Of a DNA stretch of 64,000 nt, positions 9,227-21,226 are shown piece by piece. The notes below the pieces were generated by a model. It saw only the letters and a program-made list of their open reading frames with translations. It was not told where the DNA came from and did no database searches. The first letter of the stretch is position 1, and each line of letters starts with the position of its first letter. Where the stretch lies: positions 1-64,000 of the IMG/VR virus record IMGVR_UViG_3300046517_002960; one strand, 5' to 3'. This stretch comes from a virus. Position numbers and translations under genes: made by a program.

Positions 9227-11627
9227 ATGAAGTATTTCAGGATCCGCGAGGGCACCGGCATCGAGCAGGTGCTGGCGGATGAGGAGATCACGCCGGGCGA
9301 CGGCGCGTACTCGGCAGCCGAGGTGACGGAGGTGCTGAAGGCCCTGTTCGCGGACCAGCAGGTCCTGCGGCAGCCGAGACGCGGCGGAGAGCGCGTCACC
9401 GCAGGCGTGAGCCGGCCGCAGGACAGCGACGGGTACCGGGTGCTGGTGCAGGCACCGGGGCAGGATTTCTGGCTGGCCTCGAAGCTGGTCTTCGCGGGCA
9501 ACGCGAACGGCGTGGCGTACCGGGACTTCCCGGAGCTGATCGAGGACGCGGTGCGCATCGCGAACGCGATGCTCCGCGCGTGGGACAGGCACGGCGCGCA
9601 GTGAGCGGCGGGCAGGCGGTCCAGACGGGCCAGGTCATCCCCCTGGCCTGCGGTCACGCGCACACGGTGCAGTTCAACGACCCGAAGGACCGCGCCGCGC
9701 TGTTCTTCTGCGGCACATGCGACGGGCTGCGCGCGGCTCTCCCGGCTGACACGGATCCGGGCGAGGACGAAGACGAGTACGAGGACGAAGACGAGGACGG
9801 GGACGCGATGGGTCCGGGCACGGCGCTGCTGATCGTATCGGACGCGATCCCGGCCCGGGCGCGCACCGCGGAAGTGGAAGCCGCGCTGGACGTGCTGCAC
9901 CGCCTGGCGGAAGGCACGCTGAACGAGAGCGAGAGCATCTGACGCCCTAGCAGGCGGAGCGCACGGAACCTCCGGCTGACCGGAGCATTCACCGATACTG
10001 GCCGAACAGGATCAGGAGACAAGAGCCATGCGCTTTTACATGGACTACTGGAACCGGCGCGGGAAGAACTACGGCGCCGGCATGAGCGACGGGTGCACCG
10101 CGCACGTGCGGGGCTGGCGGGCCGGCGTCCGCGTCCAGATCGGCGCGCAGGACGCCGACAAGGACCGGGACGAGGTCGCGGTCTGGATGACCAGCGGCAG
10201 CAACGGCGGACACGAATCCGCGTACCTGGGCACGGTCCGGGAGACGAAGGACGGGCCGCGCTGGGACGCGAGCGCGAACAGCAAGCCGTCGCGGAGTGCC
10301 AGGGCAGCTGCTCTCCGCGCAGAGCTGGCCGGGCTGCACAGCCAGCTAGCACAGGCACGCCGGGAGCTGGACGACGCCCCGGCTGCTGCCCGCGCCGAGC
10401 TGGACGATGTGCGCGCGGCGATCACGGCTGCCCGCGCCGAGCTGGCCGACGTCCCGGCCGCTGCTTACCGCGAGCTGGCCGGTGTCACGGACCGGATAGC
10501 CAAGCGGCGGCAGGCTCTGGCCGGCATGCCGGAGCCGCGCAGCGCAGACGAGAACCATCCGGGCATCGCACGGCACGCGCTCCAGCTCGCCATCAGCGCG
10601 CTGGAGGACGCGGCGGAGCGCGCGTTCGCATCCGGCCAGGGCACGGACTTCGAGTCGGAGACGGCGCTGATAGACCTGCGCGCCGAGCTGGGCCGGCTGG
10701 ACAAGCCGCGCATCACGACCACGCCGGCCGAGGGCTGCGACGCCTGGGACGAGGAGCTATGACCACGCTGAGGGAGCGCATCCGCCAGAACCAGATCACC
10801 GCGAAAGCAACCCAGCGCGAGGGGCCGCCCGCCTACGTCGACTGGGGTGGTGACGAGCGCGGCGGGACCGCATGGTGGGACGTCACGCTGAAACTCGGCC
10901 GGGGAGAGGACAAGCGCCAGCTGACGGTCCCGTTCGGCCTGGGGCCAGGCTTCATGGGCAAGCCGCCCGACGCGCTGCGCGTGCTGTCGTGCCTGTGCGA
11001 GGACGCGGCTGGCTGGGAGAACGCCGATGGCTTCGAGGACTGGGTGCGCGAGTACGGCGCGGACGAGGACGACGGCACCAAGAACATGCAGCTGTACCAG
11101 CGGGTCACCGATGGCGTCAAGCGGCTGCGCCGGTTCCTGGGCGAGACGTACGAGGACTACTTGTGGGATACGGAGGACGTGTGATGAGCGTGGAAAGCCG
11201 TCGCGCGCAACTGCGCAGCCAGATCGCTGAGCCAGTCATCACCGGGGACATGACCCGCGCCGAGCGCGATGCCGAGATGGACCGCTGGCTAGCGGACTGC
11301 CAGGCTCAGAGCAAGCGGCTGGACGAGGAGCACATGCTGCTCGGGATCGGCCGGAGCGCGGCGGTCTGCATGACGCACGAGATCACCGGCCCCTGGCTGA
11401 GCGCCACGGCCAGCCGGTGGTACCTGGCCCTGCCCGAGCGGTACATGACCCCGGCCAGCATGGCCCGGCCGGACTGGGATCACAGCCACTACCCGCACGA
11501 CGAGCACGGGCACATCGGCCGGGTCACCACGCTCCAGCGGCCGAAGACCCAGGCAGACACCGAAGCGGAGAAAATGGTCGCCGCCATCCTGGCAGACATC
11601 GCCCGCGAGGACGCGGAGCCGGGATAG
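9227..11627 (+). CDS. five hypothetical ORFs (9227-9604, 9601-9942, 10028-10762, 10759-11184, 11184-11627)
   Basis: RBSs and start/stop overlaps; 10028 has a coiled-coil repeat; last TAG overlaps HH11. Confidence 0.7.
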
Positions 11628-11694
11628 GCGAAACCGGGCACGGAAAGCCCGGTCTGCGGGAGGGTGGCCGTTCCCGCACCGACGATGCCAGGCC
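11626..11694 (+). ncRNA. type II hammerhead ribozyme HH11
   Basis: divergent stem III ccgggc/gcccgg; cut after C11654; stem I ugcggga/ucccgca; core CCGACGA. Confidence 0.88.
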
Positions 11695-11723
11695 AGGTAC
11701 AGCAGACACGATCAGGAGAACGC

Positions 11724-11837
11724 ATGGACACCAGGACAGCACAGCCCCGCCAGCCCGAGCCGCAGCGCCCGCCGCTGGACGCGTACGGCGACGACGTCGT
11801 GCAGGCGCAGCAGGTCATCGGGAACAACGGCTGGTAA
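11724..11837 (+). CDS. 37-aa peptide, sole ORF between HH11 and HH12
   Basis: GATCAGGAG RBS; MDTRTAQPRQPEPQRPPLDAYGDDVVQAQQVIGNNGW. Confidence 0.6.
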   Translation: MDTRTAQPRQPEPQRPPLDAYGDDVVQAQQVIGNNGW

Positions 11838-11843
11838 GGGACC

Positions 11844-11927
11844 AGGCGAAACGCGCGGATTCTCCGGCTGGCCGGAGGATCCGCGCGTCTGCGGGAGACG
11901 GCCTCCCCGCACCGATGATGCCAGGCC
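11844..11927 (+). ncRNA. type II hammerhead ribozyme HH12
   Basis: stem III cgcgcggauu/gauccgcgcg; cut after C11889; core CCGAUGA. Confidence 0.9.
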
Positions 11928-11949
11928 AGGACCAAGATCAGGAGACAGC

Positions 11950-12141
11950 ATGAGCACTAGCACTTACGGCTATATCGCCCTGTACCAGGGCAGGCGCACC
12001 GAGCTGCCCGCCGAGAGCTTGTACGCGGCCAAGATGCAGGCCATCGAGTTCTTCAAGCCGCCGAAAAGCAAGCAGCATCTCGTCAGCGTGCACCTTGCCG
12101 AGAAAGACGGCGAGACCGTCATGCAGGTGATCACGTCATGA
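11950..12141 (+). CDS. small hypothetical phage protein
   Basis: 63 aa, RBS after HH12. Confidence 0.75.
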   Translation: MSTSTYGYIALYQGRRTELPAESLYAAKMQAIEFFKPPKSKQHLVSVHLAEKDGETVMQVITS

Positions 12142-12260
12142 CCTGGTGGAGCGGGCCGCCCGCATCCAGCACCGGGGTCAGGAGAACACCATGAAAGAGG
12201 TCGCACTCACCCTTCCGGCTGGCCGGAACATCACGAGATAACGATCAGGAGAGAAGCACC

Positions 12261-13610
12261 ATGGGATACACCGGGGAGCAAGTCATCGAGCGGTTCGTCC
12301 GCAACGCGGGCAAGGGCCGGTACAGCACCGAGCCGGGCAAGCGGCCGGGCACGCGCCGGCAGGCGTTCATTGACGGGTCGGGCTCCAGCCTGTTCTACGC
12401 CACTGACCGGGAGGGCCGGGTCATCGAGATCCAGTCCTACGGCGACTGGTTCCCGCTGGCGCGGCTGCTGCTGCACCCGTCCGGGCGGCCGATGATGTGG
12501 CTGCTGAACGGCGACCGCTGGCCGGGCGGCGGGTTCGGCCGGACGAACGCGCACAACGACATCGCGCGGGTGCACGCGCAGGCATCCGGCACGCCGTGCT
12601 TCATCGTGCCGTTCAGCGCGCTGCGGGCGGCCGGCATCGAGCTGGCGACGATCCGGCCGGTGCACGTGGAACCGGAGCGGTGGGAAGCCGAGGACCACTC
12701 CGCGGCTGCGCTGGACGAGGTGCCGGAGGGTCACCGCAAGCGCCGGGTCTTCCGGGACGCGACCGGGGCGGTCATCCTCAAGCCGGAGATCCCCGGGCCG
12801 GTCTGGGTGCAGCCGGACGGCAACGGCGGCTGGAAGGTGCAGAACCGCCGGATCGGCGAGCACGGGTACGCCTGGTACACCGACCAGGTTGACGGGCCGG
12901 CCTACCAGGGCGAGCTGGCCGACGCTTACGAGGACATCGAGCCGGGACCGGACGGGCGCTACCACTGGAGCACCGAGCGGCACTGGCTGGGCGCGTCACT
13001 GTTCCGTGCCCGGTACCGGGTCTCCGGCGGATACGCACGCGGCGTGTTCACCAAGCCCCGGAACCGCTGGGCGTACTTCGTGACGGCGTTCGACCACGAC
13101 GAGCCGCGCCCGCTGTGGTTCATGTCCGAGCTGGCGCGCGGCATCAGGCCGGCGACCGTGGCCGAGGCGGTCGATTCGCTCAAGCCGGCCGAGGTGCGGT
13201 ACGCGGAGGCGGCCGGGATCCCGGTGCTGCGCCAGGGCGACCTGTTCGTCATCCAGGCAGTGCACATCACGATCCCGCTGGACAGCGACGGCCACGGGCT
13301 GGACTACAGCCTGGTGACCGAGCGGGAGCTGAAGGCGCAGGGCGGCGAGCTGGTGCGGTTCGAGAACAGCTGGGGCCGGCACGGGCGGTACGTCAACGAC
13401 TCGCACACCGCGACCCGGGTGATCGCCATGCCGGACGGCGAGCTGTACGTGCGCGGCATCATGCGGCACCGCCCGGACAGGCGCCGGCCGGACCACGTCA
13501 ACCTGGAGCTGTGGGACCGGCAGACCTGGGGCCGCATCGTGCCCAACACGCAGGCCCGGTCGGTCGATGCCCGGCCGCGGTCGTGGTCGATGGGCGGTGC
13601 GGTTGATTAG
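12261..13610 (+). CDS. 449-aa hypothetical protein
   Basis: long ORF with RBS; C-terminal RQGD...H motif region; function unknown. Confidence 0.8.
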   Translation: MGYTGEQVIERFVRNAGKGRYSTEPGKRPGTRRQAFIDGSGSSLFYATDREGRVIEIQSYGDWFPLARLLLHPSGRPMMWLLNGDRWPGGGFGRTNAHNDIARVHAQASGTPCFIVPFSALRAAGIELATIRPVHVEPERWEAEDHSAAALDEVPEGHRKRRVFRDATGAVILKPEIPGPVWVQPDGNGGWKVQNRRIGEHGYAWYTDQVDGPAYQGELADAYEDIEPGPDGRYHWSTERHWLGASLFRARYRVSGGYARGVFTKPRNRWAYFVTAFDHDEPRPLWFMSELARGIRPATVAEAVDSLKPAEVRYAEAAGIPVLRQGDLFVIQAVHITIPLDSDGHGLDYSLVTERELKAQGGELVRFENSWGRHGRYVNDSHTATRVIAMPDGELYVRGIMRHRPDRRRPDHVNLELWDRQTWGRIVPNTQARSVDARPRSWSMGGAVD

Positions 13611-13644
13611 GCGCGCCTTACCCTCGCTGCGATAAGGCGGCGCA

Positions 13645-14193
13645 GTGCGATGGAAAGCTGTGCCTGGCTGGGAGGGTGCCTACGAGGTGTCGGATCACGG
13701 CCAGGTCAGGTCACTGGACCGCATCGTCCCGGCGCTGGACAGGTGGGGAAACCTGACGCTGTACCAGCGCCGGGGCATCATCCTGAAACAGCGGCTTAAC
13801 CGCGATGGCTACCCGGTCGTGGGCCTGTCCTCTGGCGGGCATACGACGACGAAACCAGTTCACGCGCTTGTGCTATCGGCTTTCGCTGGCCTATGCCCGC
13901 ACGGATTGCAAGCGTGCCATGGTCCAGGCGGACGGGCGGATAACCGGTGGCCCGAGAACCTGAGCTGGGGAACGGCTGTGGACAACCATGGGCGAGACAG
14001 ACGGCGCGACCACACGACATCGCGCGGCGAACATGACGGCAAGGCGAAACTAACCTGGGAACAAGTATGCGAAATACGCATGATCACAGGCACATCCCAG
14101 CAGGCCATAGCCGACGCATACAGCGTGACACAGTCAACCGTCAGCAAGATAAAGCTAGGGCGTCTCTGGCAATACCCGCCAGAGGAATGGTAG
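13645..14193 (+). CDS. NUMOD4-HNH homing endonuclease with C-terminal HTH
   Basis: WKAVPGWEGAYEVSDHGQVRS (NUMOD4); VHALVLSAF...CHGPGGRADNRWPENLSWG (HNH); lower GC than flanks. Confidence 0.9.
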   Translation: MRWKAVPGWEGAYEVSDHGQVRSLDRIVPALDRWGNLTLYQRRGIILKQRLNRDGYPVVGLSSGGHTTTKPVHALVLSAFAGLCPHGLQACHGPGGRADNRWPENLSWGTAVDNHGRDRRRDHTTSRGEHDGKAKLTWEQVCEIRMITGTSQQAIADAYSVTQSTVSKIKLGRLWQYPPEEW

Positions 14194-14218
14194 TGCCCGG
14201 CAACGAGGACGTGGACTA

Positions 14219-14305
14219 AGGCGAAACGGCGCGCATTCTCCGGCTGACCGGAGGATCGCGCCGTCTGCGGGGCGCTGGCCTGCCCTGCACCGATGATGCC
14301 AGGCC
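14219..14305 (+). ncRNA. type II hammerhead ribozyme HH13
   Basis: stem III cggcgcg/cgcgccg; cut after C14265; stem I ugcgggg/cccugca; core CCGAUGA. Confidence 0.9.
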
Positions 14306-14323
14306 AGGAAGCAGGAGACAGAC

Positions 14324-17300
14324 ATGGAAACGCTGCAATTCGTGCGGATGATCGCGGGGCTCTCCCGCAGCGATGAGCCGGACGCGCCGGAGAGCAAGCC
14401 CGGCGACGACGCGATCGAAGCCATGGACAACCTCATCGCCATGGCGCGGGAGATCGCCCCCGCCCTGGAGAGCACGCTGCGGGACGCCCTGACCGAGGCG
14501 GACCGGGCACTGGGCGGCGACTCCAACGACGACGAGCACGACGCGCTCTACAGCGTGCGCGAGACCATCGCCGGGCTGCTGGGCGACGACTCCGAGCCGC
14601 CGAGCCCGGACTACGACGGCACCGAGGAAGTGCCGCTGGAAGAATGCCTGGAGGCCGCGCGCAAGCTGGGCGCGGAGCACGGCAAGGCAGCGGGCACCTG
14701 GGCGTTCGACGGCAACACGCCGCATGAGACGTACGTGGCGGCACTGCGCGGCATCCGCGAGGGCGACCCGGCGGTGCTGGACAGGTTCAATGCGCCGCCG
14801 GGCATCGGCAGCGAGTACGCGATCGAGAGCCTGTACTACGACCTGGACCTGGCCTACCCCCCGGACCGGCCCACGCCGGCGGAAGCCAGCGAGATCGCGC
14901 AGATCACGGAAGCGTTCGAGCAGGCGGAGCAGGACGCGTTCTGGGCCGAGGTGGAGCGCGCGGCCCGCTACCAGGTGGAGGGAGACGGATCGTGAACACC
15001 GTCAGCTACGAGGACCTGAGCGCAGCCAGGCAGGCCGAGGTCACCGGCACCCGGCATTACAGCGTGTACGGGCGGGCCGGGTGAGCCCGGCGCAGGCCGA
15101 GCGGGTCTGGCGCGGCTGCGCGCTGGCCGCGCTGAACGCCAGCTACTACCACGACGCGCACGACTTCGCGTCCGTCACGCTGTGCGGCCTGCCGCTGACC
15201 GGGCTGCGCGAGGACCGGGTGACGAACGGGATGCGGGAATGCCCGGCCTGCGCGCGGGTGGCCGCCGGGCACGCCGGCCACAGCGCGGATGACTGCCCGC
15301 TGCCCCGGCCGCTGCCGCGCACCGCGTTCTACGAGCGGATGCGGGCCGGGCATATCAGCAGGACGGGCCACCGGCTGAACGCCGTGCTGATCCCGGCAGG
15401 CGGCGGCATCATGCGCGTGCAGCGATCCTGCTGCCAGGACGAGTGAACAGGAGGGTAACAGATGACTGACTACGACGGCGCGCTGGACAGTTTCGATATC
15501 GAACCGGAAACCGGCGACGTGCTCGCGTGGGTTCACGACGGCGAGCGGTACGTGCACCCGGTCAGGATCACGCACGCCGAGCTGGCCGGCATGGCAGAGG
15601 CGTCCGGCGAGGCGTTCCAGGTGCGGACCGTACAGTGCGCGCGGTGCCACCTGAACCGGCCGGCGTTCGAGCTGAACAGCTTCGGCATCTGCGTGGTCTG
15701 CGTAACGGCAGGCCGCTGATGTCCGGCAACGGCTGGATCTGCTACACATCCTGCCCGGCCAGCGAAGTCCCGGCCGGCGCGATCTGGCACGCCGAGGAAC
15801 GACGCTGGTTCAGCGCCGGAATCCTGCGCGCCGAGTACTCGTGGGGCGACCCGGCCAGCCACCCGGACTGGCGGTGGCCCGGCTTTACCGGCATGCCATG
15901 GATGCGCACCATCAACACCTCCCTGCCGGAAGGCGACCCGCGCCGGGTGACCTACTTCCGTGACCGGGACGCAGAACCTTCCGGCCAGCCGGACAATCAC
16001 GATCAGGAGGACGATCATGAAAGGCGCACCGCTGAATGACGCGGACCGCGAGGAGTGGATCAGGAACGACGAGGCCCTGCATGACTGGTGGAAATCCACG
16101 CACCAGGGAATCAGCACGTTCATCCGCGCCAACCGGGCCGAGCTGGACAAGCTGATCATCGCGGTGCGGGACGCGCCGCCGCCCGAGCGCACCTGGCGCG
16201 ATTACATTTGAGCACACGATCAGGAGACACGATCACACATGAGTAACGACATCACGCCGGCCCTGGACACCACCGTCCGGGTGACACCGCGCATCCGCGA
16301 GCTGCTGACGCTGCTAGCTGACCCGCACGCGCCGATGCTGCCGGGCGAGCGCGCCGAGCTGGCCGGGCTGGTCCGGCTGCTGCTGGCCCGGCCGATCCCG
16401 GACCAGACCGTCAACGCCGGCTACATCGTGCAGCACGTCATCGACGGCTATCCCCGCGAGCCCGGCGCGTACCGGAGCTGGCTGGTCGCCTGCGAGGACC
16501 CGGCTACCGGCGAGTGGGTGACCTGGGAATGCTACGTCATGGACGACGGCGAGCACCCCGGCCGGCTGGCGTACGGCGCTGGCCACTACTTCTACAGCTC
16601 CGACCCGGCCATCAACAAGCACCGGGCACTGCGGGACCTGGCCCGGCGGGCGGGCGTCCCGGTCGCCACGGTCAGCATGGACACGGACGAAACGCTCAGC
16701 CGGCTCACGGACTGGCCGTACGACCTGAACTACAAGGAAGCGGACGACCTGATCGCAGGCGCGGACGCGCAGCCAGGGCGCGAGGTCGGCCACGGCACGG
16801 CGCGGCTGACCCGCCGCGAAGACAGCAGCTCCGTGCGCTACGACCTGCGAGAGCAGCCGAAGCGATGAGCGCCGCGACCCCGCGGGACACGCAAGATCAC
16901 ATGCTCGGCTCGGGCGCGCTGTCCTTCTCCTGGTGGCAGAGGGCGGTCACCGCGGACGCGGACACGCCGCAGTGGACGGCCGTGCTGTCGTGCGAGGACG
17001 GGTACGGCGGCACGAAGACCGTAACCGTAAGCCACGACGTCGTGCTGGCGACCGCACGGCAGGTCGTGGGCAGTGCGGGCAAGACGCTGCGCACCCCGCG
17101 AGGCAGCGAGTACCCCGCATGGTCCCGCACCCTGGAGCAGCAGTGCTGGCGGCTGCTCACCGACCCGGACGACGCCGATTTCGACGCGCCCTGCGCGGAT
17201 GAGCTGCTTCAGCTCGCGGTGCTGGGCGAGGTGGTCTTCGGCTGACCCGGCCGTAATCACGCGATCAGGAGATTCATGATTCACATGACGAACGAAACCG

Positions 17301-18349
17301 AGAACCCGGCGGTAGATCCCTACGCGCCGCAGCGGTTCACGCTGGAGATCACCTTCAGTCCCGGCCGGGGCTGGGAGGCCGTCTTCGATACCGCAGACCC
17401 GGCGCTGAGCACGAGCGGCCAGGGCTTCACGGCGGACAACCCGGCGCTGCTGCTGGCGGCCGTCACCCGGGCGCTGCGACCGCTGCACCGCACGCCGTGG
17501 CAGGTGTTCAGCACCGCGCACGGCGCCAGGGCGATCGAGGCGCTGCGCTGGTTCGCCGCGTACATGTACCGGGAGGCGGCCAGCGCGCAGGCCAGTTACG
17601 AGACGGTCAGCGCTGACCCGGAACTGGCCGCGAGGCAGGACGCGTCCATGATGACCACGATGGGCCTGTTCCACTCCGCGAGCCTGTTCGCGGACGCGGC
17701 GGCCCGCGCCGACCGGGCGCGGGAGGCGTACGAGGCGCTGGACGGCGACCGCGAGTACGCGTTCGAGACCTTCGACATGACGCACGGCTACGTGCTGAAG
17801 AACGCGCTCATGGTGCTGGCCGAGCATGTCCGCGAGGGCAAGGACCCGGTGCGGGACCTGGCTGTCGCGGACGCGGCCAGCGCGGCACGGCACGGGTACG
17901 AGCTGCTGGCCGGCGAGCTGGACGGCGAGGAGCCGCCGCTGGACGCCGGCTTCCAGGAGTGAGCATGCACGGCGAGATCATCAGCTTCTACGTCGAAGCA
18001 GACGGCCAGCACGTGGTGATGACGTGCGATAACCCGGATGAGGGCGCGTGCATCACGGTACGCGCCGCCAAGGCAGAGCTAGCCGCGATGGGCGATGCCG
18101 AGCCGGTGTACCTGATGGTGCGCCCGCAGCAGACCGCGACACCCGGCAACTAGCAGAACACGAGATCAGGAGACTCACATGTCCGAGAAGCAGCCCCGGT
18201 TCAGCATGACGGTGACCTACACCGACGACCAGGTGCCCGGCTACCACGCCGGCACCCTGGCGGCCGTCGCGAAGTGGCTCGGCCGGCAGGTGAACGTGGA
18301 CAGCGCGCAGATCGCGCCCGTGGCCGGCGAGAGCCAGCCGGGCAGCTAG
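14324..18349 (+). CDS. run of hypothetical ORFs (14324-14995, 15081-15446, 15462-15719, 15719-16039, 16017-16211, 16239-16868, 16865-17245, 17276-17962, 17965-18153, 18179-18349)
   Basis: RBSs and overlaps; several CxxC proteins; last TAG overlaps HH14. Confidence 0.65.
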
Positions 18350-18433
18350 GCGAAACGGCGCGATTCTCCGGCCAGCCGGAGGATCGCGCCGTCTGCGGGG
18401 CGCTGGCCAGCCCCGCACCGATGATGCCAGGCC
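18348..18433 (+). ncRNA. type II hammerhead ribozyme HH14
   Basis: stem III cggcgcgauu/gaucgcgccg; cut after C18393; stem I ugcgggg/ccccgca; core CCGAUGA. Confidence 0.9.
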
Positions 18434-18445
18434 GGAGATCAGGAG

Positions 18446-20800
18446 ATGACGCACATGACCGAGAGCTACGAGCGCGGCGGGTACACGATAACCATCAGCT
18501 ACGACCCAGGCGTGCCTGACCCGCGCGGGGACTTCGCCGGCTGCGGGCTGGTCCTGTCGCACAGGCGGTACAGCTGGCCGAACGACGCGGAAATCAGCTT
18601 CGGGATCTTCGACGGCTGGGAGGACGTCGCAGCCGAGCTGCGCATGCATCACGGCGCGCTGGTCATCATGCCGGTCTGGATGATCGACCACAGCGGCACG
18701 ACGATGCGCGCGGCTGACGAGAACCCGTTCCGCGATCCGTGGGATTCCGGCCAGCTCGGCTTCGCCTACATCACGGCGGAAACCTGGGCCATGACTCAGG
18801 GCGCTGCGTGGGAGGGCACGGACGAGCAGGTCGCGCAGGCCCGAAAGCTGATCGAGGACGAGGTAGAGACCTTCGGCGAGTGGTGCGCCGGCGAGACCTA
18901 CCAGTACGAGATCACCAGCCCGGACGGCGACCAGGCGGGCGCATGCAGCGGCTACATCGGCTGGGACTCCGCGGTTAGCGCGGCTGACGCCGAGGCAGAC
19001 CGCCTGGCCGCCGCCGCGAGCAGCAAGTAACGACGATCAGGAGCAGCGACATGAGCGGCAACATCTACGAGGGCCTGGGACCGCACGGCCCGTTCACGAC
19101 CAGGCTGGCCGAGCAGGAGCAGGCCAGCGACACCGGCACACTCCAGCCGGGCGACCAGGGCTACTGGCAGGTGTGGGGCGCGCACCCCATGGACATCCGG
19201 CCGGGCGACCTGGTGCTGGCGCGCTGGTCGCAGGACAACGAGCGCGAGCGCGGCATCCACCACTTCGCCGAGTACGAGGTGCTGGAAATGGCCCCGTGGC
19301 CGCTGCGCGAGGATGGCCGGGACGACCTGCGCAACTCGTGCCAGGTCCGGTTCCTCACCACGTCCAGCACGCCTGACCATCCGGTGTACGGCTCGGTCGG
19401 GATGCTCCAGGTAATGCGGCTGGTCAGGCCCGGGACCGGCAACTTCCTGGGAAAGTACGTCCGGTGATCACGATCACGATCCCGCACCCGACCGACCCGT
19501 CCTACGACGAACGGCACGGCGTGGCCGCATGGCAGGAGACGCTGACCGCCGCGCCGCGCGTATGGGAGGCTGCCGGGGCTGACCTCCGCCAGTTCGAGGG
19601 GCGCCGATCTGGCGCCTGCGCCGAGAATGTCCGCGCCGCCATCGGGCACATCCTCGAAAGGCCGGACGACTTCATCGGCAAGGCCAGCTATTACGACCTG
19701 CGCGCCACGGTGGCCAGCCTGACCGGGCTGTTCTTCACGCTCCGGGAGCGCCCGGAAGGGAGGGTCCATGTTGAGTAACGAGTGCGCGTCGTGCGGGACG
19801 GAGGACCTGGTCGACCGGGAGCTGCGCTACGAGGCGTACCCGCCCGGACCCGGCAGGTACGAGCCAGAAACCTGCGAGCACTGCGGTGCCCCGCTGTGCG
19901 ACAGCTGCGCGCTGGCCGGCGCCCGCCATGACTGCCAGGACGAGCCTGCCGCCGTGAGAGAACGGCTGGAATACCTGCGCGGCGAGCTGCGCGCAGAGCG
20001 GATCAGCTACGGCGGGCTGGCCGAGCTGCAAGACCTGACCGGGCACATCGAGGACGGCGACACCGAGCTGCTTGAAGCGGCCGGCGTGCCTGAGGCCAGC
20101 CCGGACAACGAACAGGAGACCTGACATGCCCAGACCCGCGATGACGGCGAACGACTTCCGCCGCAACGCCGCCGAGGCCCAGGACCCGCAGATGCTCGGC
20201 GCGCAGGACAAGATGCGCTACGCGTGCTGGCTGATCCGGTTCCACGACCCCCGGGCCGGCATCGGCCACCCGGAGAACCGCTTCTGGCGCGCCCTGGCTG
20301 ACGACCCTGGCGCACTGGGCGCAGATGCCGGACAAGACCCGCGAGTACACCGGGGGCGACTGGTCGGCGTTCAACAACGCGCAGGTGATGGCGGACGGCT
20401 ACATCGAGCTGTCCCCGGTCAGCGACGAGAAGAAGCTGGACCTGCTGCGGCGGTTCTACCCGCCCGATCCCGAACCCGCGGCGGCGGTGCACGCCAGCCA
20501 CGAGCCGCTTACCGCTGACAACGTGACGGCGGGCGAGCGCAACCACCCGGACGGCTACGTGTACTGCGGCCGGTGCCTGCGCCCGCTGGGGGAGCTGGGC
20601 GGGCCGTGCGGGGAGAACCCGGCGTGATCACCGTCGTCTCGCCGCTGGACGAGGCCAAGTCCGGCGAGATGCGCAGCCGGTACCTCGCCTGGGAACTGGC
20701 GGGATGCCGGCCGCACGCATTCGCGCCGGAACCTGCGGTGACGTGGCTGTACTGCGAGCGGTGCGGCTGCGAGCGCGGCGCGGTCCAGCACACGAGCTGA
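18446..20800 (+). CDS. hypothetical ORFs (18446-19030, 19051-19467, 19464-19778, 19768-20124, 20325-20627, 20624-20800)
   Basis: RBSs and overlaps; 19768 has CxxC pairs and an ISYGxLxELQ domain. Confidence 0.65.
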
Positions 20801-20812
20801 CCGGAGGCGGGC

Positions 20813-21172
20813 ATGAGCACCACGACGACCGTCTACCTGCTGCACTACGAGAGGCCGATCGGCGACACCGCCCGGCCCCGCATGACGGCGCAGCACTACG
20901 TCGGCTCGTACTGGAACCCGGGCCGGATCGCCAGCCACCGGTCCGGGACGAGCGGCGTGCCCATCACCGCGGCGTTCGCCCGGTGCGGCATCGGCTTCAC
21001 CGTCGCGCGGCTGGCCCGGGGCGGCAAGACGCTGGAGCGGGCGATCAAGAACGCCGGGCAGCACCGCCGGCACTGCCCGGTATGCACGCCGTCGCCGTGG
21101 CGCGGCCGGTGGGGCGAGCTGGTCATCCCAGCCCCTGACGGCGGCTGGCCTGACGGCGCAGACCCCGGCTGA
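20813..21172 (+). CDS. GIY-YIG-like nuclease
   Basis: VYLLHY...HYVG...RIASH...ERAIK...CPVC pattern of small actinophage GIY-YIG proteins. Confidence 0.65.
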   Translation: MSTTTTVYLLHYERPIGDTARPRMTAQHYVGSYWNPGRIASHRSGTSGVPITAAFARCGIGFTVARLARGGKTLERAIKNAGQHRRHCPVCTPSPWRGRWGELVIPAPDGGWPDGADPG

Positions 21173-21226
21173 CCCTCCGGCCGGCCGGACGATCCATGAC
21201 AGAACCAGATCAGGAGACGAGAACTG

